This document shows positions 40,428 to 53,700 of a DNA stretch of 64,000 bases, in pieces. The notes beneath the pieces were generated by a model that was not told where the DNA came from, did not search any database, and worked only from the letters and a program-made list of their open reading frames with translations. This DNA comes from Octopus sinensis. Its lineage: Eukaryota. Every line of letters starts with the position of its first letter. The first letter of the stretch is position 1. A program made the translations under genes and the position numbers. The stretch covers positions 16,864,001 through 16,928,000 of the forward strand of contig NC_043025.1 of NCBI RefSeq assembly GCF_006345805.1. The letters run 5' to 3'.

Positions 40428-43400
40428 GTTTATATTTATCCAAGAGATCACTAAATTCTCAAGAGTTTTCAGGTTACAAAATGTCAAAATATTTCAAATG
40501 TGTACTTGAAAAACAAAAAAAAATTTGTGATCTGTTAGGTAAATATAAGCCATATGAGTGATAATAAGCTTATATGTATCCAAGAGATCACAAAATTCTC
40601 AAAAGTTTCCAGGTTAGAAAATGTCAAAATATTTCAAATGTGTACTTGAAAAAGAAAAAAAAATTTTGTTAATACTTAGGTATATATTAGCTATATGAGT
40701 GATAATAAGCTTATATTTATCCAAGAGATCAGTAAATTCTCAAAAGTTTTCAGGTTAGAAAATGTCAAAATATTTCAATTATGTACTTGAAAAGATAAAA
40801 AAAATTTGTGATCTGTTAGGTAAATATAAGCTATATGATTGATAATAAGCTTATATCTATCCAAGAGAGCACTAAATTCTCAAAAGTGTTCAGGTTAGAA
40901 AATGTCAAAATATTTCAAATGTGTACTTGAATAAAAAAAAAAATTTTGTGATCTCTTAGGTAATTATAAACTATATGAGTGATAATAAGCATATATTTAT
41001 CCAAGAGACCACTAAATTCTCAAAAGTTTTCAGGTTAGAAAATGTCAAAATATTTCAAATGTGTACTTGTAAAAGAAAAAAAAATTTTGTCATCTGTTAG
41101 GTAAATATAAGCTATATGAGTGATAATAAGCTTATATTTATCCAAGAGATCACTAAATTCTCAAAAGTTTTCAGGTTAGAAACTGTCAAAATATTTCAAA
41201 TGTGTACTTGAAAAACAAAAAAAAATTTCGCGATCTGTTAGGTAAATATAAGTTATATGAGTGATAATAAGCTCATATTTATCCAAGAGATCACTAAATT
41301 CTCAAATGTTTCAGGTAAGAAAATGTCAAGATATATTCAAATGAGTACTTGAAAAAAAAAAATTTGTGATGTGTTAGGTAAATATTAGCTATATGAGTGA
41401 TAATAAGCTTATATTTATCCAAGAGATCACTAAATTCTCAAAAGATTTCAGGTTAGAAATGTCAAAATATTCAAATGTGTACTTGAAAAAAAAAAAAAAA
41501 TTAGTGATCTATTAGGGAATTAAGTTAACTGAGTGATAATAGCTTATATTTATCTAAGAGATCACTAAATTCTTAAAAGTTTTCAGGTTAGAAAATGTCA
41601 AAATATTTCAAATGTGTACTTGAAAAACAAAAAAAAATTTTATGATCTGTTAGGTAAATATAAGCTATATGTGTGATAATAAGCTTATATTTATCCAAGT
41701 GATCACTAAATTCTCAAAAGTTTTCCGGTTAGAAAATGTCAAAACATTACAAATGTGTACTCGAAAAACAAAAAAAAAATTTGTGATCTGTCAGATGAAT
41801 ATAAGTTAACTGATTGATAATAAGCTTATATTTATCCAAGAGATCACTAAATTCTCAAAAGTTTTCAGGTTAGAAAATGTCAAAATATTTCAAATGTGTA
41901 TTTTAAAAAAAAATAATATTTGTGAGCCCTTAGGTATATATAAAGTATATGAGTGATAATAAGCTTATATTTATCCAAGAGATCACTAAATTCTCAAAAG
42001 TTTTCAGGTTAGAAAATGTCAAAATATTTCAAATGTGTACTTGAAAAGAAAAAAAAATTTTGTGATCTGTTAGGTAAAATAAGCTATATGATTGATAATA
42101 AGCTTATATTATCCAAGAGATCACTAAATTCTCAAAAGTTTTCAGGTTAGAAATTGTCAAAATATTCAAATGTGTACTTGAAAACAAAAAAAATTGTGAT
42201 CTGTTAGATAATATAAGTTAATGAGTGATATTAAGCTTATATTTATCAAGAGATCACTAATTCTCAAAAGTTTTCAGGTTAGAAAATGTCAAAATATTTC
42301 AAATGTGTACTGAAAAACAAAAAAAAAATTTTGTGATGTTAGGTTATATAAGCTATATGAGTGATGATAATAAACTTATATTTATCCAAGAGATCACTAA
42401 TTCTAAAAAGTTTTCAGGTTAGAAAATGTCAAAATATTTCAAATGTGTACTTGAAAACAACAAAAAAAAATTTGTGAGCTGTTAGGTAAATATAAGCTAT
42501 ATGAGTGATAATAGCTCATATTTATAATGAGATCACTAAATTCTCAAAGGTTTCAGGTTAGAAAATGTCAAGATATTTCAAATGAGTACATGAAAATAAA
42601 AAGAATTTTTGTGATCTCTGGTAGGTAATCATTAGCTATGTATGAGTGAAATAGCTTATATTTATCCAAGAGATCACTAAATTCTCAAAGTTTTCAGTTA
42701 GGTTAGAAAATGTCAAATATTTCAAATGTGTACTTGAAAAACAAAAAACAAATTTTGTGGATGTTAGGTAAATATAAGCTATATGAGTGATGATAATAAG
42801 CTTATATTTATCCAAGATATCACTAAATTGTCAAAAGTTTTCAGGTTAGAAAATGTCAAAATATTTCAAATGTGTACTTCAAAAAAAAAAAATTTTGTAA
42901 ACTCGTAGGTAAATATAATCTGTATGAGTGATAATAAGCTTATATTTATCCAAGAGATCACTAAATTCTCAAAAAGTTTTCAGGTTAGAAAATGTCAAAA
43001 TATTTCAAATGTGTACTAGAAAAAACAAAAAAAAATATTTGTGATCTTTAAGGTGATAAGTTAACTGAGTGATAATAAGCTAATATTTATCCAAGAGATC
43101 ACTAAATTCTCAAAAGTTTTCAGGTTAGAAAATATCAAAATATTTCAAATGTGTACTTGAAAATCAAAAAAAAATTTTGTGTTCTGTTAGGTAAATATTA
43201 GTTATATGAGTGACAATAAGCTTATATTTATTCAAGAGATCACTAAATTCTCAAAAGATTTCAGGTTAGAAAATGTCAAAATATTTCAAATGTGTACTTG
43301 AAAACAAAAAAAAAATTACGTGATCTGTTAAGTAAATATATGTTAACTGAGTGATAATAAGCTTATATTTATCTATGACATCACTAAATCTCAAAAGTTT

Positions 43401-46400
43401 TCAGGTTAGAAAATGTCAAAATATTTCAAATGTGTACTTGAAAACAAAAAAGATTTCGTGATCTGTTTAAGTTAATATATGTTATATGAGAGATAATATG
43501 CTTATAATTATCTAAGAGATCACTAAATTCTCAAAAGTTTTCAGGTTAGAAATGTCAAAATATTTCAAATGTGTCTACTGAAAAACAAAAGAAAATCTTT
43601 TTATCTATTAGGTAAATATAAGCTATATAAGTGATAATAAGCTTATATTTATCCAAGAGATCACTAAATTCTCAAATGTTTTCAGGTTAGAAAATGTCAA
43701 GATATGTCAAATGAGTACTTGAAAAAAAAAAAATTTTTGATCTGTTAGGTAAATATTAGCTATTTGAGTGATAATAAGCTTATATTTATCCAAGAGATCA
43801 CTAAATTCTCAAAAGATTTCAGGTTAGAAAATGTCAAAATATTTCAAATGTGTACTTGAAAACAAAAAAAAATTAGTGATCTATTAGGTAATTATAAGTT
43901 AACTGAGTGATAATAAGCTTATATTTATCTAAGAGATCACTAAATTCTTAAAAGTTTTCAGGTTAGAAAATGTCAAAATATTTTAAATGTTTACTTCAAA
44001 AACAAAAAAAAATTTTGTGATCTGTGAGGTGATCAGTTAACTGAGTGATATTAAGCTTATATTTATCCAAGTGATCACTAAATTCTCAAACGTTTTCAGG
44101 TTAGAAAATGTCAAAATATTTCAAATGTGTACTTGAAAAACAGAAAAAAAATTTTTGATCTGTTAGGTAAATATATATATACTGAATTATAATAAGCTTA
44201 TATTTATCCAAGAGATCACAAAATTCTCAAAATTTTTCGGGTTAGAAAATGTCAAAATATTTTAAATGTGTACTTGAATAACAAAAAAAATTTTGTGGTC
44301 TGTTAGGTATATATAAGTTAACTGAGTGATAATAAGCTTATATTTATCCAAGAGATCACTAAATTCTCAAAAGTTTTCAGGTTAGAAAATGTCAAAATAT
44401 TTCAAATGTGTACTTGAAAACAAAAAAAAAATTACGTGATCTGTTAAGTAAATATAAGTTAATGAGTGTAATATGCTTATATTATCTAAGAGATCACTAA
44501 ATTCTCAAAAGTTTTCAGGTTAGAAATGTCAAAATATTTCAAATGTGTACTTGAAAAAACAAAAAAATTTTGTGATCTGTTAGGTAAATATAAGCTATAT
44601 GGGTGATAATAAGCTTATATTATCCAAGATATCACTAAATTATCAAAAGTTTTCTGGTTAGCTCAATTATCAAAATATTTCAAATGTTAATGAAAAAAAA
44701 CAAAAAAAATTTTGTTATCTGTTAGGAATATAAGCTATATGAGTGACAATATATTAAGCTCATATTTTTCCAAGAGATCACTAATTCTCAAACGTTTTCA
44801 GGTTAGAAATTGTCAAAATATTTCAATCTGTACTTGAAAACAAAAAAAATTTTGTGATCTGTTAGGTAAATATAAGCTATATGAGTGATAATAAGCTCAT
44901 ATTATCCAAGAGATCACTAAATTCTCAAATGTTTTCAGGTTAGAAAATGTCAAATTATTTCAAATGTGTACTTCAAAAAAAAAAAATTTTGTGTCTCTGT
45001 AGGTAAATAAAGCTATATGAGTGATAATAAGCATATATTTATCCAAGAGATCACTAAAATCTCAAAAGTTTTCATGTTAGAAAATCTCAAAATATTTCAA
45101 ATGTGTACTTGAAAAACAAAATAAAATTTTGTGATCTCGTAGGTAAATATAAGTTATATGAGTGATAATAAGCTTATATTTATCAAAGAGATCACTACAT
45201 TCGCAAAAGATTTCAGGTTAGAAAATGTCAAAATATTTCAAATGTGTACTTAAAAAAAAAAAAAAATTTTGTGACATGTTAGGTAATATAAGCTATATGA
45301 GTGATAATAAGCTTATATTTATCCAAGAGATCACTAAATTCTCAAAAGTTTTCAGGTTAGAAAATGTCAAATATTTCAAATGTGTACTTGAAAAACAAAA
45401 CAAAATTTCGTGGAAAACTATATGAGTGATAATAAGCTTATATTTATACAAAGATCACTAAATTCTCAAAAGTTTTCAGGTTAAAATGTCAAAATATTTC
45501 AAATGGATACTTGAAAAAAAAAAAATTTTTTTTCACCTGTTAGGTAAATATAAGTTAACTGAGAGATAATAAGCTTATATTTATCCAAGAGATAACTAAG
45601 TTCAAAAAAGTTTTCAGGTTAGAAAATGTCAAAATATTTCAAATGTGTACTTGAAAAAAAAAATTATAATTTTCTGATCCCTTAGGGAAATATAAGCTAT
45701 ATGAGTGATAATAAGCTTATATTTTTCCAAGAGGTCACTAAATTCTCAAAAGTTTTCAGGTCAGAAAATATCAAAATATTTCAAATGTGTACTTGAAAAA
45801 CACAAAAAAATTTTATGATCTGTTATCTAGATAAACATAAGTTAACTGAGTGATAATAAGCTTATATTTATCGTAGAGATCACTAAATTCTCAAAAGTTT
45901 TCAGGTTAGAAAATGTCAAAAAATTTCAAATGTGTACTTGAAAAACAAAAAAAAAATTTGTGATCTGTAAGGTGATAAGTGAACTTAGGATAATAAGCTT
46001 AAATTTATCGAAGAGATCACTAATTCTCAAAAGTTTTCAGGTTAGAAACTGTCAAAATATTTCAAATGTTGTACTTGAAAACAAAAAAATTTTGTGATCT
46101 GTTAGGTAAATATAAGCTATTGAGTGTAATAAGCTTATATTTATCGAAGAGATCACTAAATTCTCAAAAGTTTTCAGGTTAGAAAATGTCAAAATTTTCA
46201 TCAATGTGTACTGACAAAAAAAAAAAAAATTTTGTGTGATCCCTTAGGTAATTTAACCTATATGAGTGATAATAAGCTTATATTAATCCAAGAGATCACT
46301 AAATTCTCAAAAGTTTTCAGGTCAGAAAATATCGAAATGTTTCAAATGTGTCCTTGAAAAACAGAAAAAAAATTTTATGATCTTTTAGATAAACATAAGC

Positions 46401-47389
46401 TATATGAGTGATAATAAGCTTATATTTATCCAGAGATCGCTAAATTCTCAAAAGTTATCTTCACGTAGAAAATGTCAAAATATTTCAAATGTGTACTTGA
46501 AAAGAAAAAAAAATTTCGTGATTTGTTACGTAAATATATGTTAACTGAGTGAAAATATGTTATATTTTAGCAAGATCACTAAATTCTCAAAAGTTTTCAG
46601 GTCAGAAAATATCCAATATTTCAATGTGTACTTGAAAAACAGAAAACACTTTTATGATCTCTATCTAGTAAATAAGTTAATGAGTGATAATAAGCTTATA
46701 TTATCAAAGAGATCACTAAATTCTCAAAAGTTTTCAGGTTAGAAAATGTCAAAATATTTCAAATGTGTTACTTGAAAACAAAAAAAAATTTTGTTAATCT
46801 GTGAGGTAAATATAAGTATATGAGTGATATAAGCTAATATTATCCAAGAGATCACTGAATTCTCAGATGTTTTAGGTAGAAAATGTCAAATATTTCAAAT
46901 GTGTACTTGAAATACAAATAAAAAGTCTTGTGATAAACTATATTGAGGGATAATAAGCTATATTTATCCAAGAGATCACTAATTCTCAAAGTTTTCAGGT
47001 TAGAGATGTCAAAATATTTCAATCTGTACACTACCAAAAAAAATTTGTGATCTGTGAGGTTAGTAAGCTATATGAGTGATAATAACTTTAATTTATCCAA
47101 GAGATCGTTATTCTCAAAAGTTTTCAGGTTAGAAAATGTCAAAATATTTCAAATGTGTACTTGAAAAAATAAACAAAATTTGTTATTGTGTAAGGTGACA
47201 AGTTGACTGAGTGATAATAAGCATATTTATCCAAGAGATCACTAAATTCTCAAAAGTTTTCAGTTAGAAAAAGAAAATGTCAAAATATTTCAAATGTTTA
47301 CTTGAATAAAAAAAAAAATTTTGTGATCTTAGGTAAATATAAGCTATATGAGTGATAATAGCTTATATTTATCCAAGAGACCACTAAAT

Positions 47390-50160
47390 TCTCAAACGTT
47401 TTCAGGTCAGAAAATGTCAAAAATTTTAAATATGTAGTTGTAAAATAAAATAAAAATTTGTGATCTGTTAGGTAAATATAAGCTAATGAATGATGATAAT
47501 AAGCTTATATTTATCCAAGAGATCACTAAATTCTCAAAAGTTTTCAGGTAGAAAATGTCAAAATATTTCAAATGTGTGCTTGAAAACAAAAAAAATTTTG
47601 TGATCCGTTAGGTAAATATAAGCTATATGAGTGATAATAAGCTTATATTTATCCAAGAGATCGCTAAATTCTCAAAATATTTCACGTTAGAAAATGTCAA
47701 AATATTTCAAAAGTGTACTTAAAAAGAAAAAAAATTTCGTGATTTGTTACGTAAATATATGTTAACAGAGTGAAAATATGCTTATATTTATCTAAGAGAT
47801 CACTAAATTCTCAAAAGTTTTCAGGTTAGAAAATGTCAAATTATTTCAAATATGTACTTGAAAAACAGAAAAAAATTTTATGATCTCTTATCTAGATAAA
47901 CATAAGTTAACTGAGTGATAATAAGCTTATATTTATCGAAGAGATCACTAAATTCTCAAAAGTTTTCAGGTTAGAAAATGTCAAAATTTTTCAAATGTGT
48001 ACTTGAAAAACAAAAAAAAAATTTGTGATCTGTAAGGTGATAAGTTAACTTAGTGATAATAAGCTTATATTATCGAAAGATCACTAAATTCTCAAAAGTT
48101 TTCAGGTTAGAAAATGTCAAAATATTTCAAATGTGTACTTGAAAAACAAAAAAAAATTTTGTGATCTGTTAGGTAAATATAAGTTAACTGAGTGATAATA
48201 AGCTTATATTTATCCAAGAGATCACTAAATCCTCAAAAGTTTTCAGGTTACAAAATGTCAAAATATTTCAAATGTGTACTTGAAAAAAAAAAAAATTTTG
48301 TGATCTGTTAGTCAAATATTTCAAATAGTTCAAATGTCAAAATATTTCAAATGTGTACTTGAAAAATAAAAAAAAATTTTGTGATCTGTTAGGTAAATAT
48401 AAGCTATATGAGTGATAATAAGATGATATTTATCAAAGAGATCACTAAATTCTCAAAAGTTTTCAGGTTAGAAGACGTCAAAATATTTCAAATGTGTTCT
48501 TGAAAAAAAAAAAAAATTTTGGTGATCCCTTAGGTAAATTTAAGCTAAAAGAGTGATAATAAGCTTATATTTATCCAAGAGATCACTAAATTCTCAAAAG
48601 TTTTCAGGTCAGAATATATCCAAATATTTCAAAAGTGTCCTTGAAAAACAGAAAAAAATTTTAAGCTCTGTTAGATAAACATAAGTTAACTGAGTGATAA
48701 TAAGCTTATATTTATCGAAGAGATCACTAAATTCTCAAAAGTTTTCAGGTTAGAAAATGTCAAAATATTTCAAATGTGTACTTGAAAAACAAAAAAAAAT
48801 TTTGTGTGATCCGTAGGTAAATATAGCTATATGAGTGATAATAGCTTATATTTATCCAAGAGATCGCTAAATTCTCAAAATATTTCAGGTTAGAAAATGT
48901 CAAAATATTTCAAATGTGTACTTGAAAAACAAAAAAAAAATTTCTGATCTGTAAGGTGATAAGTTAACTTAATGATAATAAGCTTATATTTATCCAAGAG
49001 ATCACTAAATTCTCAAAAGCTTTCAGGTTAGAAAATGTCAAAATATTTCGAAAGTGTACTCGAAAAACAAAAAAGTTTTGTGATCTGTTAGGCAAATATT
49101 TGAAATATTTCAAATGTCAAAATATTTCAAATGTGTAGTTGAAAAAAAAAAATTTTGTGAGCTGTTAGGCAAATATAAGTTAACTGAATGATAATAAGCT
49201 TTTATTTATCCAAGAGATCACTAAATTCTTAAAAGTTTTCAGGTTAGAAAATGTCAAAATATTTCAAATGTGTACTTGAATAAGAAAAAAAAATTTTGTT
49301 ACCTGTTAGGTAAATATAAGCTATATGAGTGATAATAAGCTTATATTTATCGAAGAGATCACAAAATTCTCAAACGTTTTCAGGTCAGAAAATGTCAAAA
49401 TATTTCAAATATGTAGTTGTAAAATAAAATAAAAATTTGTGATCTGTTAGGTAAATATAAGCTATATGAATGATGATAATAAGCTTATATTTATCCAAGA
49501 GATCACTAAATTCTCAAAAGTTTTCAGGTTAGAAAATGTCAAAATATTTCAAATGTGTACTTGAAAAACAAAAAAAAATTTTGTGATCCGTTAGGTAAAT
49601 ATAAGCTATATGAGTGATAATAAGCTTATATTTATGCAAGAGATCACTAAATTCTCAAAAGTTTTCAGGTCAGAAAATATCCAAATATTTCAAATGTGTA
49701 CTTGAAAAACAGAAAAAAATTTTATGATCTCTTATCTAGTTAAACATAAGTTAACTGAGTGATAATAAGCTTATATTTATCGAAGAGATCACTAAATTCT
49801 CAAAAGTTTTCAGGTTCGAAAATGTCAAAATATTTCAAATGTGTACTTGAAAAACAAAAAAAAAATTTGTGATCTGTAAGGTGATAAGTTAACTTAGTGA
49901 TAATAAGCTTATATTTATCGAAGAGATCACTAAATTCTCAAAAGTTTTCAGGTTAGAAAATGTCAAAATATTTCAAATGTGTACTTGAAAAACAAAAAAA
50001 AATTTTGTGATCTGTTAGGTAAATATAAGTTAACTGAGTGATAATAAGCTTATATTTATCCAACAGATCACTAAATCCTCAAAAGTTTTCAGGTTACAAA
50101 ATGTCAAAATATTTCAAATGTGTACTTGAAAAAAAAAAAATTTTGTGATCTGTTAGGTAA
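47390..50160 (+). repeat. Imperfect duplication (47.4-48.3 kb vs 49.4-50.2 kb, offset ~1.98 kb) with a one-monomer indel
   Basis: ATGTAGTTGTAAAATAAAATAAAAATTTG occurs at 47432 and 49411; TGATCTCTTATCTAG occurs at ~47881 and ~49726. Confidence 0.7.
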
Positions 50161-50899
50161 ATATAAGCTATATGAGTGATAATAAGCTTATATTTATCGA
50201 AGAGATCACTAAATTCTCAAAAGTTTTCAGGTTAGAAAATGTCACAATATTTCAAATGTGTACTTGAAAAAAAAAAAAAAATTTCTGATCTGTAAGGTGA
50301 TAAGTTAACTTAATGATAATAAGCTTATATTTATCCAAGAGATCACTGAATTCTCGAAAGCTTTCAGGTTAGAAAATGTCAAAATATTTCGAAAGTGTAC
50401 TCGAAAAGCAAAAAAATTTTGTGATCTGTTAGGCAAATATTTGAAATATTTCAAATGTCAAAATATTTCAAATGTGTACTTGAAAAAAAAAAATTTTGTG
50501 ATCTGTTAGGCAAATATAAGTTAACTGAATGATAATGAGCTTATATTTATCCAAGAGATCACTAAATTCTTAAAAGTTTTCAGGTTAGAAAATGTCAAAA
50601 TATTTCAAATGTGTACTTGAATAAGAAAAAAAAAATTTGTTAACTGTTAGGTAAATATAAGCTATATGAGTGATAATAAGCTTATATTTATCGAAGAGAT
50701 CACTAAATTCTCAAAAGTTTTCAGGTTAGAAAATGTCAAAATATTTCAAATGTGTACTTGAAAAACAAAAAAAAATTTTGTGATCTATTAGGTAAATATA
50801 AGCTATATGATTGATAATAAGCTTATATTTCTCCAAGAGATCACTAAATTCTCAAAAGTTTTCAGATTACAAAATGAAAAAATATTTCAAATGTGTACT

Positions 50900-52270
50900 T
50901 GAAAAACAAAAAAAAAATTTGTGATCTGTTAGATAAATATAAGCTATATGAGTGATAATAAGCTTATATTTATCTAAGAGATCACTAAATTCTCAAAAGT
51001 TTTCAGGTTAGAAAATGTCAAGATATTTCAAATGTGTACTTGAAAGACAGAAGGAAATTTTGTGATCTGTTAGATAAATATAAGTTAACTGAGTGATAAT
51101 AAGCTTATATTTATCTAAGAGATCACTAAATTCTCAAAAGTTTTCAGGTCAGAAAATGTCAAAATATTTCAAAAGTTTATTTGAAACACAAAAAAATGTT
51201 TGTTATCTGTGAGTTAAATATAAGTTATATGAGTGATAATAAGCTAATATTTATCCAAGAGATCACTGAATTCTCAAATGTTTTTAGGTAGAAAATGTCA
51301 AAATATTTCAAATGTGTACTTGAAATAGAAAAGAAAATCTTGTGATAAACTATATGAGTGTAATAAGCTTATATTTATCCAAGAGATCACTATATTCTCA
51401 AGAGTTTTCAGTTAGAAAATGTCAAAATATTTCAAATGTGTACTCTAAAAACCAAAAAAAATTTCTGATCTCTTAGGTATATAAAAGCTATATGAGTGAT
51501 AATAAGCTTATATTTATCCAAGCGATCACTAAATTCTCAAAAGTTTTCAGGTTAGAAAATGTGAAAATATTCAAATGTGTACTTGAAAAACAAAAAAAAA
51601 TTTGTGATCTGTTAGATAAATATAAGCTATATGAGTGATAATAAGCTTATATTTATCAAGAGATCACTAAATTCTCAAAAGTTTTCAGGTTAGAAAATGT
51701 CAAGATATTTCAAATGTGTACTTGAAAGACAGAAGGAAATTTTGTGATCTGTTAGATAAATATAAGTTAACTGAGTGATAATAAGCTTATATTTATCTAA
51801 GAGATCACTAAATTCTCAAAAGTTTTCAGGTCAGAAAATGTCAAAATATTTCAAAAGTTTATTTGAAAAACAAAAAAAATGTTTGTTATCTGTGAGTTAA
51901 ATATAAGTTATATGAGTGATAATAAGCTAATATTTATCCAAGAGATCACTGAATTCTCAAATGTTTTTAGGTAGAAAATGTCAAAATATTTCAAATGTGT
52001 ACTTGAAATAGAAAAGAAAATCTTGTGATAAACTATATGAGTGTTAATAAGCTTATATTTATCCAAGAGATCACTATATTCTCAAGAGTTTTCAGGTTAG
52101 AAAATGTCAAAATATTTCAAATGTGTACTCTAAAAACCAAAAAAAATTTCTGATCTCTTAGGTATATAAAAGCTATATGAGTGATAATAAGCTTATATTT
52201 ATCCAAGCGATCACTAAATTCTCAAAAGTTTTCAGGTTAGAAAATGTGAAAATATTTCAAATGTGTACTT
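50900..52270 (+). repeat. Pentamer tandem duplication (~682 bp)
   Basis: AGATATTTCAAATGTGTACTTGAAAGACAGAAGGAAAT occurs at 51021 and 51703, followed by an identical series of variants. Confidence 0.88.
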
Positions 52271-53027
52271 GAGAAACCAAAAAAAATTTTGAGATCTGTT
52301 CGGTAATTATAAGCTATATGAGTGATAATACGCTTATATTTGTCCAAGAGATCACAAAATTCTCAAAAGTTTTCAAGTGAGAAAATGTCAAAATATTTCA
52401 AATGTGTATTTGAAAAAGAAAAAAAAATTTTGTGATCTGTTAGGTAAATATAAGCTATATGAGTGATAATAATATGCTTATATTTATCCAAGAGATCGCT
52501 AAATTCTCAAAAGTTTTCAGGTTAGAAAATGTCAAAATATTTCAAATGCGTACTTGAAAAAAAAAAAAAAATTTGTGATATGTTAGGTATATATAAGCTA
52601 TATGAGTAAAAATAAGCTCATATTTATCGAAGAGATCACTAATTTCTCAAAAGTTTTCAGGTTAGAAAATGTCAAAATATTTCAAATGTGTACTTGAAAA
52701 AAAAAAAAAATTTTTTTGTTCTGTTAGGCAAATATATATTATCTGAATGATAATAAGCTTATATTTATCCAAGAGATCACTAAATTCTCAAAAGTTTTCA
52801 GGATACAAAATTTCAGAATATTTAAAATGTGTACTTGAAAAACAAAAAAAAATTTTGTGATCTTTTACGTAAATATAAGCTATATGAGTGATAATAAGCT
52901 TATATTAATCGAAGAGATCACTAAATACTCAAAATTTTTCAGGTTAGAAAATGTCAAAATATTTCAAATGTGTACTTGAAAAACAAAAAAAAATTTTGTG
53001 ATCTGTTAGGTATTTTGACATTTTCTA

Positions 53028-53700
53028 CCTAAAAACATCTGAGAATTCAGTGATCTCTTATAAGTGATAGCTTATATTTACCTAACAGATCACAAAATTT
53101 TTTTTTGTTTTTCAAGTACACATTTGAAATATTTTGACGTTTTCTAACCTGAAAACATTTGAGAATGTAGTTATCTCTTGGATAAATATAAGCTTATTAT
53201 CACACATATAGCTTATATTTAAGTAACAGATCACAAAATTTTTTTTTGTTTTTCAAGTACACATCTGAAATATTTTGATATTTTCTAACCTTAAAACGTT
53301 TGAGAATTTAGTGATCTCTTGGATAAATATAAGCTTATTATCACTCAGCTAACTTATATTTATCTAAAAACATCTGAGAATTCAGTGATCTCTTATAAGT
53401 GATAGCTTATATTTACCTAACAGATCAGAAAATTTTTTTTTATTTTCAAGTACACATTTGAAATATTTTGACGTTTTCTAACCTGAAAACATTTGAGAAT
53501 GTAGTTATCTCTTGGATAAATATAAGCTTATTATCACACATATAGCTTATATTTACCTAACAGATCAGAAATTTTTTTTCGTTTTTCAAGTTCACATCTG
53601 AAATATTTTGATATTTTCTAACCTGAAAACGTTTGAGAATTTAGTGATCTCTTGGATAAATATAAGCTTATTATCACTCAGCTAACTTATATTTATCTAA
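53028..53700 (-). repeat. 335-bp tandem duplication carrying the aberrant junction monomer
   Basis: CATCTGAGAATTCAGTGATCTCTTATAAGTGATAGC occurs at 53036 and 53371, each followed by GACGTTTT...GAATGTAGTTATC...TCACACATAT. Confidence 0.88.

Larger units (their letters stand above)
38506..53012 (+). repeat. Satellite DNA block C, consensus orientation, interrupted by SINE copy 2
   Basis: Plus-orientation monomers resume at ~38516 (GTGATAAGTTAAC...AAGCTTATATTTATCC) and end at ...GTGATCTGTTAGGTA (53012). The left boundary is uncertain within 38506-38520. Confidence 0.96.

Noticed and set aside
40123-40487. ORFs overlapping the SINE copies (40123-40317, 40149-40487, 23832-24020)
   Set aside because: These are open frames across a GC-rich non-coding SINE and are not conserved as the same ORF between the two 94%-identical copies.
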